From Octopus sinensis (lineage: Eukaryota): a stretch of 64,000 nucleotides of DNA. Shown one piece after another: positions 1 to 12,967 of the stretch (position 1 is the stretch's first letter; the number at the start of each line of letters is the position of its first letter). The translations under genes were made by a program, and so were the position numbers. The notes beneath the pieces were generated by a model. The model was not told the origin of the DNA. It searched no databases and saw only the letters and a list, made by a program, of their open reading frames with translations. The DNA lies in the NCBI RefSeq assembly GCF_006345805.1, contig NC_043000.1:42470001-42534000 (forward strand), written 5' to 3'.

Positions 1-107
1 AACAGTTGGCATAGCTCCCAAAAGCGATCTACAAGACATCGGTCTCTTTCCACAATGTGAAGGGCGCCGCAAAGTTTGCATATTACTCAATATATTAAGT
101 TAGACAA

Positions 108-299
108 TATATGCATCCTTCGGCTATCGCAGGTGTTACGTTCCAAAACCCCCGCTATAGGTGAAAATCTGCGAAGTAGAAACAGTACTGAACTGTATAT
201 TTTATTTATTATTTTCATAATTTGCATATATTTATTTTATTATAAATGCAAAACATCAAGGAGGAAGGGACGTAAACGATGTGGCGAGGGACTACTGTA
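108..299. mobile_element. Degenerate Tigger/pogo-like MITE
   Basis: Right end ...GTGGCGAGGGACTACTG|TA resembles a Tigger-type TIR plus TA. The left end is degenerate (TCCTTCGGCTATCGC...CCCCGCTATAGGTGAAAATCTGCGAAGTAG). Confidence 0.5.
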
Positions 300-403
300 T
301 ATATATAAGACTGCCATATTAGTATGGCGATAACTATTAATTTCCAGTAACGCTGCCGTAATCTCCTTTAGAGAGACTTAGTAATTTTAATATTTCTATT
401 ATA

Positions 404-483
<80 letters not shown>

Positions 484-1355
484 GTGTGTTTGTGCATGTG
501 TGTACAAACATATAGTTTCTTTGAACCATGTTACGAAGGGGAAAATGGAGAGGGAGATATACTGAATAAAGCCATAATTAAGCGATCCTCTTGTATTTTC
601 TTTTACCCAAAGCCTGAAACTTTTCAGCACACCCTCTTACATGTTTATATCTCACGAAGTTTGTCTTATTTGCCCTCCTACTTTGTCGATGAATTGAAAT
701 GGGAACTAATCAATCAATTACTACGACTATTAACAAAACGTGTTACCTTGTATGTCTGTTAATAATTGTTCTTATTAAGCTTCGTAATCGAAAATGTTCC
801 ACTTCTCTAATGACGTTTATTGTGATTTAATCCATTTGTGTCCTTAGCTTACATCCTGCTAAAGTTTAATTTGCTGTTAATTCTCAATCATTGAAATAAA
901 TACCTATTATATACCAGCAGGGAAAATTCAGTATAATATATTTCTATGTGAGATTTTTCTGAACCTGTACCATACTAAGTAATCAATATCTATAGAATTT
1001 GATAAGTGAAATTTTTGCTATCCTTGACAGATGTGATAATCAATATCTTTGATTTTTTTTCCTCCACATCTATATTTAGGTTTTATAAGGATTGAAATAA
1101 GTGTTTCCATAATTGTTACTTGTAATTTGTACTGATTGAAACTTCTATGAACAATAGCAATTATTCTAGCAGTGCATACCCTTCTTTAAATATATATAGA
1201 TATATAAACAACTTATAAATAAGGGCAAACGAAAACATGTCTAATGCCAAACATGCCGAAATTAAACACATTGTCCATAACCATATAATTTATCACAAAT
1301 AAGCACGCTACTCGAAAAAGGTCGACAGAAATTTCTTTAAAATTCCGTTATTACC

Positions 1356-1410
1356 ATATCGGACCGATTTCAGGGTTAGTTCATAAGAACCCTCCCTTCG
1401 TCAGTGATAA
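1356..1410 (-). ncRNA. Solo minimal type-I hammerhead ribozyme motif (PLE-type), slightly degenerate
   Basis: Minus strand TTATCA-CTGACGA-AGGG(agggttcttatgaactaa)CCCT-GAAA-TCG-GTC^CGATAT. Core intact; stem II AGGG/CCCT plus GTTC/GAAC; stem I has one mismatch. Confidence 0.65.
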
Positions 1411-4400
1411 TCGCGGGAAAAGAAATAAATGAAATACTTACTTATACCCATGGAAGAAGCAAACACTAAGTCATGAGCACAATTAAGTACCCCAAATATA
1501 TCCAAAACAGAAATTCTCCAGCCCATTCGAGACACGTGCGATTCGAAGTGAAACTCTCACAGAGTGAGAGAGTCCGGAAGTGAACTCTCCAAGTAACTTA
1601 ACTATTAATATTCTCACTCGATCTATCTATGAATAGGAAGCACATACTTGTTTATCATGAAACACGGCGTGTTATTTGATTAGTTGTGGGCCATATGGAG
1701 CGATCAAGAACAACACTCAGTATTATAAAGTTCCAACATCAGGTTTGGTGCCTTGTTCACGAATCAGTTAACAAGATGTTACAAGTGACACCGGACTTAT
1801 TGTTTATTTATAGAGTTACAGATAGTTGTATTGGGCCTATTGAGAGTTGTCATTAGATACTGCATAGAACTGGCAACTGGAAGCAGAAATATTGACTCCT
1901 TGGACAGGACAGTTGTCCCTAACCCTAACCCTAACCCTACTTGCTCGGTTATTTTCAGTTCTAAAAATATGTAATGCTTTTCTGAGACAGGAACCATCTA
2001 CTCGTTTTAGACTGTGTTATGAGTATGCTCTGGTGAACTACAAGTCTTTTAGTATAGCTTCCTTAAATATTGGAGAAATATCTTTTAAGAAGTTTTAATG
2101 TTGAGTGATTTAAGGAATAACCTAGTGTGGTGTTTATAGTGCTTTTCAAGAATCACAATAATGTGATGAGAAATGAAACGACTTCAGCTCGAGGAATTAT
2201 TCCTGCTGGTGCTGACATGTGGCTTGACTACAAGAATAACGAATGACTACGTTCAGTATCCTGTGACTTTTACCTGAACGGAAAAAAATTGACTGAATAG
2301 AAACCCAAACTTCAAGAAATGAAAACAAAATAAGGTGCATTTCTAGACATATGATACGTAATTACTCTACAAATGTTGCAACAAATAGATACAAACGATT
2401 GTGTATAATTTTAAAGGCTTATTTAGCAGAGGAAGAGCAGCATCTGTGATTATTTATAGTTCTTCTATGACTGGTAAGGGAAAGAGAAATGAGCATTCAC
2501 AAACAGCAGATTTGTCCTGTATATTTACAACAGAGTGGATTTGCTAAAGGCACCCAAGGGTCTGCTGGTAACGTTAAACCGGTTGATGGATTAACTCTAC
2601 CAACTAAGAATAAGAAAGTTTCTAGTTATCATCCATCAAATTCCATTCTTGCAGTTTTGGTCATCTCCGTCTCCAGTTCATTTTTCATATAACCAATAGA
2701 TTGCACCACCTATGAGATGTTAACAAAGGAAAAGTGTGTGTAAGAACCAAATAATTTAAGAAAAGTGCAGAAATATATAAAAATAATTTATTTCTTTTTA
2801 TTTTGTCCAGATATAGATAAAAGAATTTAAACTTTTTACCTTCTGTAGTTTCTGACATACAAAACACTCGCTCGCTCACTCACTCACTCACTCACTCACT
2901 CTCTCACTCAATCGCTCACTCATTTAAAAAAAAACAACATAACAAATATGATAATAATGGCGACCACCTAATTCTTTGATGGTTGAATGAGATGTTTGTA
3001 GTAGTTAGGATGATAATAGGTGATGCTGATGATACAGTGTTCAACTAGCGATTAGCAACAGTCATGCCTCTAATATCATTAAGCATCTATGGTGCTATCT
3101 CTGGTATATATTGAATTCTGCAACACAATTACCAGCCGTATTATGGTACTAACACATTTTAAGTATAAAGAAGTAGCAAGTATGACAAAAGAAACATAAC
3201 AACAACGAAAATAAACAACCTTCCTAATGAGTTTAAACTGTTTTATTTGACATTAAGACCAAACATTTTCTTACTAATCTAATCTAAAGAGCTAAAAGAA
3301 TAACAACAAAAGCTACAACAACAACAACTACAATAACAATAACACGCACAAAAATAATAAAAAAACATATGCCATCGCTATGAAAATCAATTGTATCAAG
3401 TAAAAAACTAAATTAGCTAGACGGATATTTGAAATAGCGGCAATTAATTGATCGATTGAATAAACGACGAAATTGATGAATAAAGAAACATATATAACTA
3501 TGTATAATAAGTTTACTTTCTAGTTCTAAGACAAGAATAAGTCGTGGTAGTGACTTAATTATAGTTTCATTGAAACAAAATAACCAAAGATATAGGATAC
3601 TGGTCTGCCAATCGCGATTTCTTATCTGCTGCAATGTTCTCGTCTCGAGAATAGAAAACGGTTGATATCAGTACAAGACTACACACACGTTGAGCCGTTG
3701 AGAGGAAGTGTATTAACTACTAGAAATCACATCAAAATCATTCTAAAATCGCATCCTGCGGCGTAAAATAAATGAAGGACACACAAGGAAGATAATCCTG
3801 AATATGTAAAAAATGAAATTTGCTCACGATTGGAAAATTTTTATCATATATCATTTCGGCCATAACTGACGTAGAACACAGACAACCAAAATCAATTAAG
3901 GACAGGGTTATAATCAATTGACAAAACTTTTAAGAGTGACATGCACTTTGTAAATTCTCTGTTGTTAGGAAGTTAGAAAATCATCGTGTAAATTTAGGAT
4001 CATAAGATCAATTCCCGCTCCCAGTTATTAAAAAAGAAAATCCAACGAGTGAACCTGAAGATACTCGTTTTACTTTCTAAAAATGACAGTAAAATATTTC
4101 CTTCATATCATAGCATAACGACTTAAACACATTAGATACTTCAAGCATGACTGAATCTATCTAGAGTGAACCTACATATCTAACAAGCAGTTTGAAAAAG
4201 CAAAAAAAAAAAAGCAATAGAATAGCTAACCTTAAGCTTGTGCTCCATCATGGTCTGAGCCATGGTTGCTAAAACTTGAAATTAAGTAGACAGATAATAG
4301 GAAATCCTAAACACTGCTGGTGAATGAGATAGAGCTTTACTTCTGGGAGAAGAATATAACTAAGTATCGCGAGACAAGGAACGTCTCGTCAATGCCAGCG

Positions 4401-4691
4401 GCCTAGTACAGTTTACAATGAAAATTACATCATCATCAGGTTGAATCAGGAGCCAACGTGACAGCCTCTATGGGGATAAATTCCACAATATAGTTTGTGA
4501 TATATAAAAGAGAAGAGGATGGTCATAGCTAGAACGCCCATAAAACTATTCGATCATGGCGTCCCAACGATTCTGCCATCTCGTGCACCTTTGTATACAT
4601 GCATATGTATATTCTTAACCCTATGTCCTTCGTTTGTTCACACACACACATACACACACACACACAAACACATATATATATTTATGTATAC

Positions 4692-4723
<32 letters not shown>

Positions 4724-4889
4724 AATTACTTTGCCGCATACTGAACTCATTAGAAATAGCAGCTAAAAAAAACTTTTTTAAAGCTATTTCTAATACTTAA
4801 AGAAAATCTCTCTCATATATAGTGTTTGCTTAATTCAACTCACAAAAGTTTGGGGGTAAGGACATCGAAAAATCAAATGCTAAGTTATT

Positions 4890-4947
4890 TGAGAACGTAC
4901 GTTTCAAGATTAGTCAAACAACAACCCACACTTCTATCATCAGCTCA
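4890..4947 (-). ncRNA. Minimal type-I hammerhead ribozyme, array 1 unit 1
   Basis: Minus strand TGAG-CTGATGA-tagaagt...actaatctt-GAAAC-GTAC-GTT^CTCA. Stem I TGAG/CTCA; palindromic loop III GTAC; GUU triplet. Confidence 0.75.
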
Positions 4948-5441
4948 GAAATTCCTTGGTTTGGATTTGGAAACACTGAAAATAAGAACATACCATTTCG
5001 AAGATCTGCTCGTAACTAACAGTGCCAACAAATTCAAATAAGCAAGCGAAAATCTCTGTTCTCCCCTTTCCACCAGCGTGGGTTAAAAACATCAAACACT
5101 ACGCTTATTTCGGTAAAATCCGAAACATTAATCAGAGGGAGATTAATTATAATTTCAACAATTGAGGGCAAAATTAATTAATTATTAATCAATTTCACCA
5201 AGTGTTCAGTATGCAAAGGGACCATTCAAGGCGAATTCAAATTATTACATTATATAAAGGGCTTAGTAAAATAAATTACTTTGCCGCATACTGAACTCAT
5301 TAGAAATAGCAGCTACTAAAAACTTTTTTTTTAAGCTATTTCTAATACTTAAAGAAATTCTCTCTCATATATAGTGTTTGCTTAATTCAACTCACAAAAG
5401 TTTGGGGGTAAGGACATCGAAAAATCAAATGCTAGGTTATT

Positions 5442-5494
5442 TGAGAACGTACGTTTCAAGATTAGTCAAAAACAACACTTCTATCATCAGCTCA
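5442..5494 (-). ncRNA. Minimal type-I hammerhead ribozyme, array 1 unit 2
   Basis: Same motif as unit 1 with core intact. Confidence 0.75.
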
Positions 5495-5981
5495 GAAATT
5501 CCTTGGTTTGGATTTGGAAACACTGAAAATAAAACATACCCTTTCGAAGATCTGCTCGTAACTAACAGTGCCAACAAATTCAAATAAGCAAGGAAGAATC
5601 TCTGTTCTCTCCCCCTTTCACACCAGCGTGGGTTAAAAACATCAAACACTACGCTTATTTCGGTAAATCCGAAACATTAATCAGAGGGAGATTAATTATA
5701 ATTCAACAATTGAGGGCAAAATTAATTAATTATCATCAATTTCACCAAGTGTTCAGTATGCAAAGGGACAATTCAAGGCGAATTCAAATGATTACATATA
5801 TAAGGGCTTAGTAAAATAATTACTTTGCCGCATACTGAACTCATTAGAAATAGCAGCTAAAAAACTTTTTTTAAGCTTATTTCTAATACTTAAAGAAATC
5901 TCTCTATATATAGTGTTTGCTTAATTCAACTCACAAAAGTTTGGGGGTAGGACATCGAAAAATTCAAATGCTAAGGTTATT

Positions 5982-6034
5982 TGAGAACGTACGTTTCAAG
6001 ATTAGTCAAAAACAACACTTCTATCATCAGCTCA
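5982..6034 (-). ncRNA. Minimal type-I hammerhead ribozyme, array 1 unit 3
   Basis: Same motif as unit 1 with core intact. Confidence 0.75.
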
Positions 6035-6401
6035 GAAATTCCTTGGTTTGGATTTGGAAACACTGAAAATAAGACACCCCTCCTTCGAAGATCTGCTCGT
6101 AAAACCAACGTGCCAACAATTCAATAAGCAAGCGAAGAATCTATGTTCTCCCTTTTCCACAGCGTGGGTTAAATGTAATTATATACTGTTAATATATAAT
6201 GTAATACTTGAAAATCGCCTTGAATGGTACCGCTTGATGGTGCATACTGAACACTGTGGGAAATTGATTAATAATTAATTAATTTTGCCCTCAATTGTTG
6301 AAATATATTATATATATATATATATATATAGATAAGATAAGGGGGACAGAACGTCGATTATCCCGAGGTGGTGAGTTGATATATATGTATATAATATTAA
6401 C

Positions 6402-6464
<63 letters not shown>

Positions 6465-6472
6465 ACAATTAA

Positions 6473-6887
6473 TACTCTTTTACTCTTTTGTTTCAGTCAT
6501 TTGACTGCGGCCATGCTGGAGCACCGCCTTAGTCGAGCAACCTCGACACCGGGACTTATTCTTTGTAAGCCCAGTACTTATTCTATCGGTCTCTTTTGCC
6601 GAACCGCTAAGTGACGGGGACATAAACACACCACCATCGGTTGTCAAGCAATGCTAGGAGGACAAACACGGACACAAACACACACACACACACACACTCA
6701 CACACACATATATGCATATATACGACGGGCTTCTTTCAGTTTCCGTCTACCAAATCCACTCACAAGGCTTTGGTCGGCTCGAGGCTATAGTAGAAGACAC
6801 TTGCCCAAGGTGCCATGCAGTGGGACTGAACCCGGAACCATGTGGTTGGTAAACAAGCTACTTACCACACAGCCATTCCTGCGCCTA
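6473..6887 (-). mobile_element. tRNA-derived SINE family A, full length
   Basis: Head TAGGCGCAGGAATGGCTGTGTGGTAAG...GGTTCAGTCCC with A/B-box-like motifs, internal (TG)/(TA) tract and (AAAGAGT)n-like tail. About 10 related copies in the window. Confidence 0.9.
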
Positions 6888-6929
6888 ATGTTTATTTTTT
6901 TTTATGTAAGTATTCTCATGCATATCTAC

Positions 6930-7618
6930 ACATGTTCATATATATTTACATTTAACTTCTGGAAAGTTTTACAGATTTTTATAGTTCCAATGATTGACTG
7001 GATCTGTAACCTTCGAATTAGCTTTTCTCCTTTCTTGTTTTGAGAAGCCTAATTTCTCAACATTGGTATTTAGGCAGTGTATTACTTATCTCCGGGCCCC
7101 AATAATTACAGGTATAAACCTGAACTTGTAATCTGGATAGAGTAACTGCAGATTTCTCAATATTCCAGCGTAGATATATTTTCTTTTTCACTGATCTTCA
7201 GCTTTATGTTAACATCCGCCGGGCAGCTAATTTCCGCACCTGTGCATAGTTTCTCTTCTCTATCCCATATTATTATATCAGGTGTGTTGTGCTTACATTT
7301 TATTGAGGTTTTCACTGAGACATTCCACCAGTATTCTTTTTTATTATGAGTGGCTATGGCTTATATCATACTGTGGGTCCTTATTTCTTTATGCTCGGAG
7401 TTATCCTTCCGACAGATTTCGTTACAGAGTGTCCTAGCTACAACATCATGTCTCATCTGCAGATAATACCGTGATGACATTTTCGGATAACTACTTATGA
7501 TGTGGTTGATATCTTCGGTGTTAAATCCACAAAGTTTGAATCGGTTGTCAAATTTTACTGCTTTTCCTATATCTCTATCCCTTTTTGCATCAGATATTTG
7601 CTTGATATTTCCTCTTCC
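6930..7618 (-). pseudogene. 3' fragment of an R4/Dong-type non-LTR retrotransposon (CCHC knuckle plus restriction-like endonuclease)
   Basis: Manual minus-strand translation across stops/frameshifts: EEEISSKYLMQK...KLCGFNTEDINHIISS..YYLQMRHDVVAR...EYWWNVSVKTSIKCKHNTPDIIIWDREEK...EISCP...FIPVIIGA. Matches the RHD / PD..D..E / PVIIGA layout of R4-clade elements. Confidence 0.8.
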
Positions 7619-7977
7619 TATGTATGTATGTATGTATGTATGTATGTATGTATGTATGTATGTATGTATGTATGTATGTATGTATGTATGTATGTATGTA
7701 TGTATGTATGTATTTCTTTATCGTTTTATGTATATCTTCATCCCAGTATCTGATTTTGGTTTCACCATTATCTTTCTGATACACGGGAAATTATTAGATT
7801 CTAGTTATTGAAATAGTAAAGAAAATTATGGGAATCGTATAAGTAAAAACAAAGAAAAGCTGAGCGACAAAGATATCATTTGAGATATTTCAAAACTTTC
7901 ACATAATCATGCCAATTATACAGTGCCAAAGAAAGTATTAGAAACTGAGAGCGATAAAAAAAGCAACAAGAACAACT

Positions 7978-8040
<63 letters not shown>

Positions 8041-8042
8041 AT

Positions 8043-8255
8043 ACCTTCTACTAAATGCACGAGGCCCGAAATTTTTGGGAAGAGACTAGTCGATTACATC
8101 GACCCCAGTGGTTTCTGTGGTACTAAATTACTAAATTGATCGACCCCGAAAGGATGACTGGCAATGTCGACCTCGGCGAAATTTGAAATCAGAACGTAGC
8201 AACGAGCGAAATGCCGTTATGCATTTCGTCCAACGTGTGAACGATTCACCGCCTT
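8043..8255 (-). mobile_element. tRNA-derived SINE family B
   Basis: Central block GAGGTCGAC..TCATCCTTTCGGGGTCGAT...GTACC...CTGGGGTCGATGTAATCGAC is shared with copies at 26.5-27.1 kb and 55.6-55.8 kb; (TAG)n tail. Confidence 0.8.
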
Positions 8256-8615
8256 ACTACTACTACTACTACTACTACTACTATACTACTACTACTACTA
8301 CTACTACTACTACGTGGAGAAGCATCGAATTCTTTAGAACAGTTGAAATTAATTATTCAAGAGTTAATCAGGATAGAAAATTCAAAGGAACAATAGATGA
8401 ACATGATTGCGTCGGAAGACTGCCAAGAAAGATAAAATAGAGTAAACAGATTGACGTAACTCACAGACCGACAGATAGTTGGTCACATGCATACATACAT
8501 ACATACATACATACATACATACAAGTATATAAGCATATGTACATCTCTCTCTCTATCTATCTATTTATCTACTTACCTGTCTATCATCTATCTATCTATC
8601 TATCTATCTATCTAT

Positions 8616-9126
8616 GAAAGTGAGAGTAGAGAGGCAAGTTTTGTCTAGCGAATGTTTTAAAAAAAGATGGGTGAATGTAGCAAGAATGGCACGTATGAAT
8701 GACGAAGCCACCTTGAGCATAGTCCTATGAACCCAGAAATCGAAAACAGAGAGTTGCTTATTTGCAAAAAAAAAAAAAAAAAAAAAAGAAATATAAAATG
8801 TGACTTCATTGACCGAGGTTACCGTGGTCTTTTCCGTAGGCTTTTCTTTCCACGGGTAAACCTCACCTGTCCTCCCCTTTACACTTCATATTGACATTTC
8901 TGTGATAACGATCCCTATTGATCAATTTTTTTTCCTCTCCCCCTTTTTTTTTTTTTTTTTTTTTAACCCTCCTTTTTTTGTCCTCTTTCTCTCCTTTTAC
9001 GATCCCTTTTGATGGAAACTCCCCCTTCCTTTTTTTTTTTTTTTTTTTTTAAACCTTCAAAAAAAAAGCTCTACCTTGTAATTTGTTCTATCTGTGTGCA
9101 GCCCTGTGTGGCTATAAAGAAACATA
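8616..9126 (+). mobile_element. 5'-truncated copy of the L1/Tx1-like LINE (end of ORF2 plus 3' UTR) inside (TATC)n
   Basis: Aligns with 48776-49218 (GAAAGTGAGAG...GTGTGGCTA(A)TAAAGAAACAT); (TATC)n on both flanks. Confidence 0.85.
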
Positions 9127-9128
9127 TA

Positions 9129-9189
<61 letters not shown>

Positions 9190-9226
9190 CTTTGTCTATC
9201 TGTCTGTTTGTCTGTCTGTTTGTCTG

Positions 9227-9275
<49 letters not shown>

Positions 9276-9338
9276 TTATCTATCCATCTATCTTTCTATC
9301 TATCTATCTATATATCTATCTATCTATCTATCTATCTA

Positions 9339-9395
<57 letters not shown>

Positions 9396-9400
9396 GTCTG

Positions 9401-9452
<52 letters not shown>

Positions 9453-9551
9453 CCTATCTGTTTGTCTATCTATACATACATACAAACATACATACATACA
9501 TACATACATACATACATACATACATACATACATACATGCATATCTTTTATC

Positions 9552-9815
9552 TTTTATTCTTACTTTTGTCTAAGTCATTAGACTGCAGCCATGCTGGGGC
9601 ACCGAGTCGAAGAAGTTTTAGTCGAATGAATCAGCTCCAGTACTCTTTGATATTGTTCCAAAGCTTAGAAGCTATTCAATCGGCCTCTTTTGCTGAACCG
9701 CTATATTACGGGGACATGAACACACAAACAGCGTTTGGTGGGGCACAAACGCGTACTGAAAAGAAAAACATAAACACAAACACATGCACATATATACATA
9801 CATAAAACGGACGTA
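9552..9815 (-). mobile_element. SINE family A, 3' half, diverged
   Basis: GTCATTAGACTGCAGCCATGCTGGGGCACCG...GAACCGCTA...CGGGGACAT block. Confidence 0.7.
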
Positions 9816-10297
9816 CGTATATATATATATATATATTATATATATATATATAATATATATTATAAATAGAATATAAATATATATAATAGAAAGCCGCTTT
9901 TATCTCCTTCAACTGAATGTGCCTCGCAACCTTCTAGCAGTTCAAAATAACTTAGAGAACTATTCAGTCATAAGATAAGCTCTACTACCTCAATGTTCTT
10001 AAAATTCAAATCAACATCTTTGGCTATATATCTACCTTCCCTATAATGCTATCAATTAATTTTAAAATTATGTATTAATGGGAAACCTCTATTAATGGCT
10101 GATGATTGCTCAACATTTTAAAACTGTTGTAATATTTACAATATTTAATAAAATGATGTAGCGAGAAACGATCGTACCAAATTACCGGAGATACTCTTGT
10201 TGCTTATTTTGATTATAATCACCTCATGGATTTATATGGATAACACCATACAAAGTTCTGGTGCATCTAACTTAAGTACCATATTCATCTGAATCTA

Positions 10298-10328
<31 letters not shown>

Positions 10329-10386
10329 GTATATATATATGCGTGGATATGTTTGCTCTATATATCTATTATACAAAGTACGTATA

Positions 10387-10570
10387 CGAAAGAGTGTTGA
10401 AAATTTCCTGGCTTTTGAAAAAAATTACAGTTAATTACGATTTTATTGAAGTTATTTCCCTCTCAGATTTATGAACTTCTTGCAGTGGTACTTCAGTTTT
10501 TCTAAGCCCAGCAAAAAAAAAAAAAAAAAAAAAACCGGTGTAGAATGAAATACCTGTTGACAAACCGCTG
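10387..10570. mobile_element. Mariner-type MITE remnant related to 14625-14831, opposite orientation
   Basis: TA|CGAAAGAGTGTTGAAAATTTCCTGGCTTT terminus; internal TTCAGTTTTTCTAAGCCC is the reverse complement of GGGCTTAGAAAAACTGAA at ~14.7 kb. Confidence 0.6.
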
Positions 10571-10774
10571 CTATTAAATAAAGTGCTAAACACCTACGGC
10601 AGGGAAATGAGTAATACCACTTTTCTGTAGCTACAAGAATTGTTGAGTTTATAAACAGACTGCTGCCTGTAATTGGTGAGATGTTGACACCTCTGAAGAA
10701 AAACCTAATTTCAAATGCCGATTAAGGCTGTTCTTACTCTATTTAAACAGCCAGTCGTATCAATCTATCTATCT

Positions 10775-10912
10775 ATAAAATACAATGTACATTTAAACAC
10801 ATTAAGAGGTATCCATCATAGGGCTCCCTTACGCTAGAAGGAACAGCTAAAGTTCAAACCATTAATTAGGGATGAACTCTCTTAATGTGTTTAAATGTAC
10901 ACTGTATTTTAT
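10775..10912. repeat. Inverted repeat, 34-bp arms with 70-nt spacer
   Basis: ATAAAATACAATGTACATTTAAACACATTAAGAG versus CTCTTAATGTGTTTAAATGTACACTGTATTTTAT, one mismatch. Confidence 0.85.
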
Positions 10913-11030
10913 ATGAATAATATATAGTCTATTGACTAATTGTTCTATACGCTAGGCTACTGGTAGTAAATATTTCTAGAATCTTTATTACCCTGATGTC
11001 ATTAATTATTAATTATATATATATATATAT

Positions 11031-11183
11031 ACGACGGGCTGCTTTTCAGTTTTCGTCTACCAAATCCACTCACAAGGCTTCAGTCGGTCCGAAGCTATTG
11101 TAGAAGATACTTACCCAAGTTGCAACACCGAACCCGGAACCACAAGGTTGAGAAGTAAAATACTTACTACGGCCTGCGCCTAT
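11031..11183 (-). mobile_element. SINE family A, 5' half
   Basis: ACGACGGGCT...CGTCTACCAAATCCACTCACAAGGC...CCTGCGCCTAT. Confidence 0.75.
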
Positions 11184-11794
11184 GTATCAGATAGTTATTT
11201 ACTAGCATGGACTATATCCGTGGGGTTGACTTCCTAGCGTAGGGTTGACCTTTTGGACTAAAAGTTAATGTCCATGATCCATTACAGGTCCTCTGAGGTT
11301 AATATGAGAATAGGAGGGAGATATGCTATGGCGTGAAGCCTGAACCAATTGCTTCTGTCAGAATGGACTTTGCTACCCGGATTGGTAGGTGGTGGTTTTA
11401 AACAGGACGACAGGTAAAAAACTACATCTCAATGTCACGAGTTGGAAGCAATACTGTGAGGCATTCTCCGGCAATCCTTACATAAGTGTGTGTGTGTGTG
11501 TGTGTGTTTGATATGTTAATGGCATTGTCGGTTTCGTTTATAATCCCTGGTGAGATGTGGTATAACACGACAAACGTATTCTGCTTGCGATCGTTCCGTA
11601 TCTGATGGAATGATCGATAATGAGCTAGCAAAATGTTCTGTAGTATTTCATTCATTTCCCGTTCTAATTCAATTTTCGAAACTTTTAATTTTGCATTTAT
11701 TCCTTAAAGGTTTAGTAAGTAAAATATTGAGTTCTTTGAAGATTGAGTGAATGCATTATACCTTCACTTACAATCTGCACTTAACATGTGCACA

Positions 11795-12212
11795 TACTCT
11801 TTTACTCTTTTACTTGTCTCAGTCATTTGACTGTGGCCATGCTGGAGCACCGCCTTTAGTCGGGCAAATCGACCCCAGAACTTACTCTTTGTAAGCCTAA
11901 TACTTATTCTATCGGGGTTTTTTGCCGCACCGCGAAGTTACGGGGAAGTAAACACACCAGCATCGGTTGTCAAGCGATGTTGGGGGGAAAAACAAACGCA
12001 CAAACACACACACACATACATACATTCATACATATATACATATATACATATACAGGCTTCTTTGAGTTTCCGTCTATCAAATCCACTCAAAGCTTTGGTC
12101 GGCCCGAGGCTATAGTAGAAGACACTTGCCCAAGATGCCACGCATTGGGACTTAGCCAGGAACCATATGGTTTGCAAGTAAGCTACTTACCACACAGCCA
12201 CTCCTACGCATA
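11795..12212 (-). mobile_element. SINE family A, full length
   Basis: Collinear with 6473-6887. Confidence 0.9.
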
Positions 12213-12967
12213 TGCTCAAAATTGTCTCATCACATGGGCAAGATCTGTATTTTTCACTGTATCACATACCAGCTAGAATAGCTAAATCAACTTAAATCAC
12301 ATCCTAATGTTCAAGAAATGGGAAATGGGACGTGAATCCTCATGTCTTTTTAAAAGGTTGGACTCATAGTATAATAACATTGACTGAAATAAATCGTTTG
12401 AATAAATGATGCAATGCTCATAGAGGGAACACTTTTGACCATAATTCCATTTCATCATTACTAACCGCGGTAAAGAACATATCTCTTAACAACAACAATA
12501 ACAAGAACACTAGCAATAGCAAATTGGACGAATAATAAATTTTTCTTTCCAATCCGACTTGTAAATTAAACTGAAACGTAATAGATACAAGAAATACCTT
12601 GAAGACTAAAAACTAAAATATAAAACAAATATAAAAAAGAAGTATATTCTGTTATCGTCAACCACATCATATTCCTTACTTTGTTTATTATTTTAAAATG
12701 AAAGATCAAATAGCTTTCCGCCATTAATCTATAAACCAGTTTTTTTTACACACAAAATGTCACAGACTAATTCGGTTTCTTAGTTTCAGTTGTCTATATT
12801 GAAAAACAAACGAAATTGAAACTTGCGCAATTAACTATTTTTGAATGCCATTTTTTCTGTTACCATTTGAATGCTAAAACACAGTTTCGATTCTCTTCCA
12901 ATATATAAGCAAAGCCAGTTAGAAAATTTCAAAAAGAGACGAGAGTAGTAACTATACTGACAACTGA

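Larger units (their letters stand above)
4721..6305 (-). repeat. Tandem array 1: ~548-bp unit x 2.7 plus a terminal inverted ~115-bp segment, flanked by (TA)n; retrozyme/PLE-like
   Basis: Unit start TAAATTACTTTGCCGCATAC recurs at about 4722, 5272 and 5817. Segment 6190-6305 is the reverse complement of the unit's AATTGAGGGCAAAATTAATT...ATTACATTATAT part. One HHR per unit. Confidence 0.92.

Noticed and set aside
1918-1939. (CCCTAA)3 telomere-like repeat
   Set aside because: Too short and interstitial; common by chance or within repeats.
2629-2709. Possible terminal exon on minus (acceptor CTTTTCCTTTGTTAACATCTCATAG; VVQSIGYMKNELETEMTKTARMEFDG* or GGAIYWLYEK*)
   Set aside because: Good acceptor, but no recognisable protein and no partner exons found; needs RNA-seq.
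9009-9805. Long ORFs (190-240 aa) here, and similar ones at 45949-46683, 29657-30640 and 60574-60939
   Set aside because: Translations of (TATC)n, (TA)n, (CA)n and (AAT)n microsatellites, which lack stops in some frames; no domain content.
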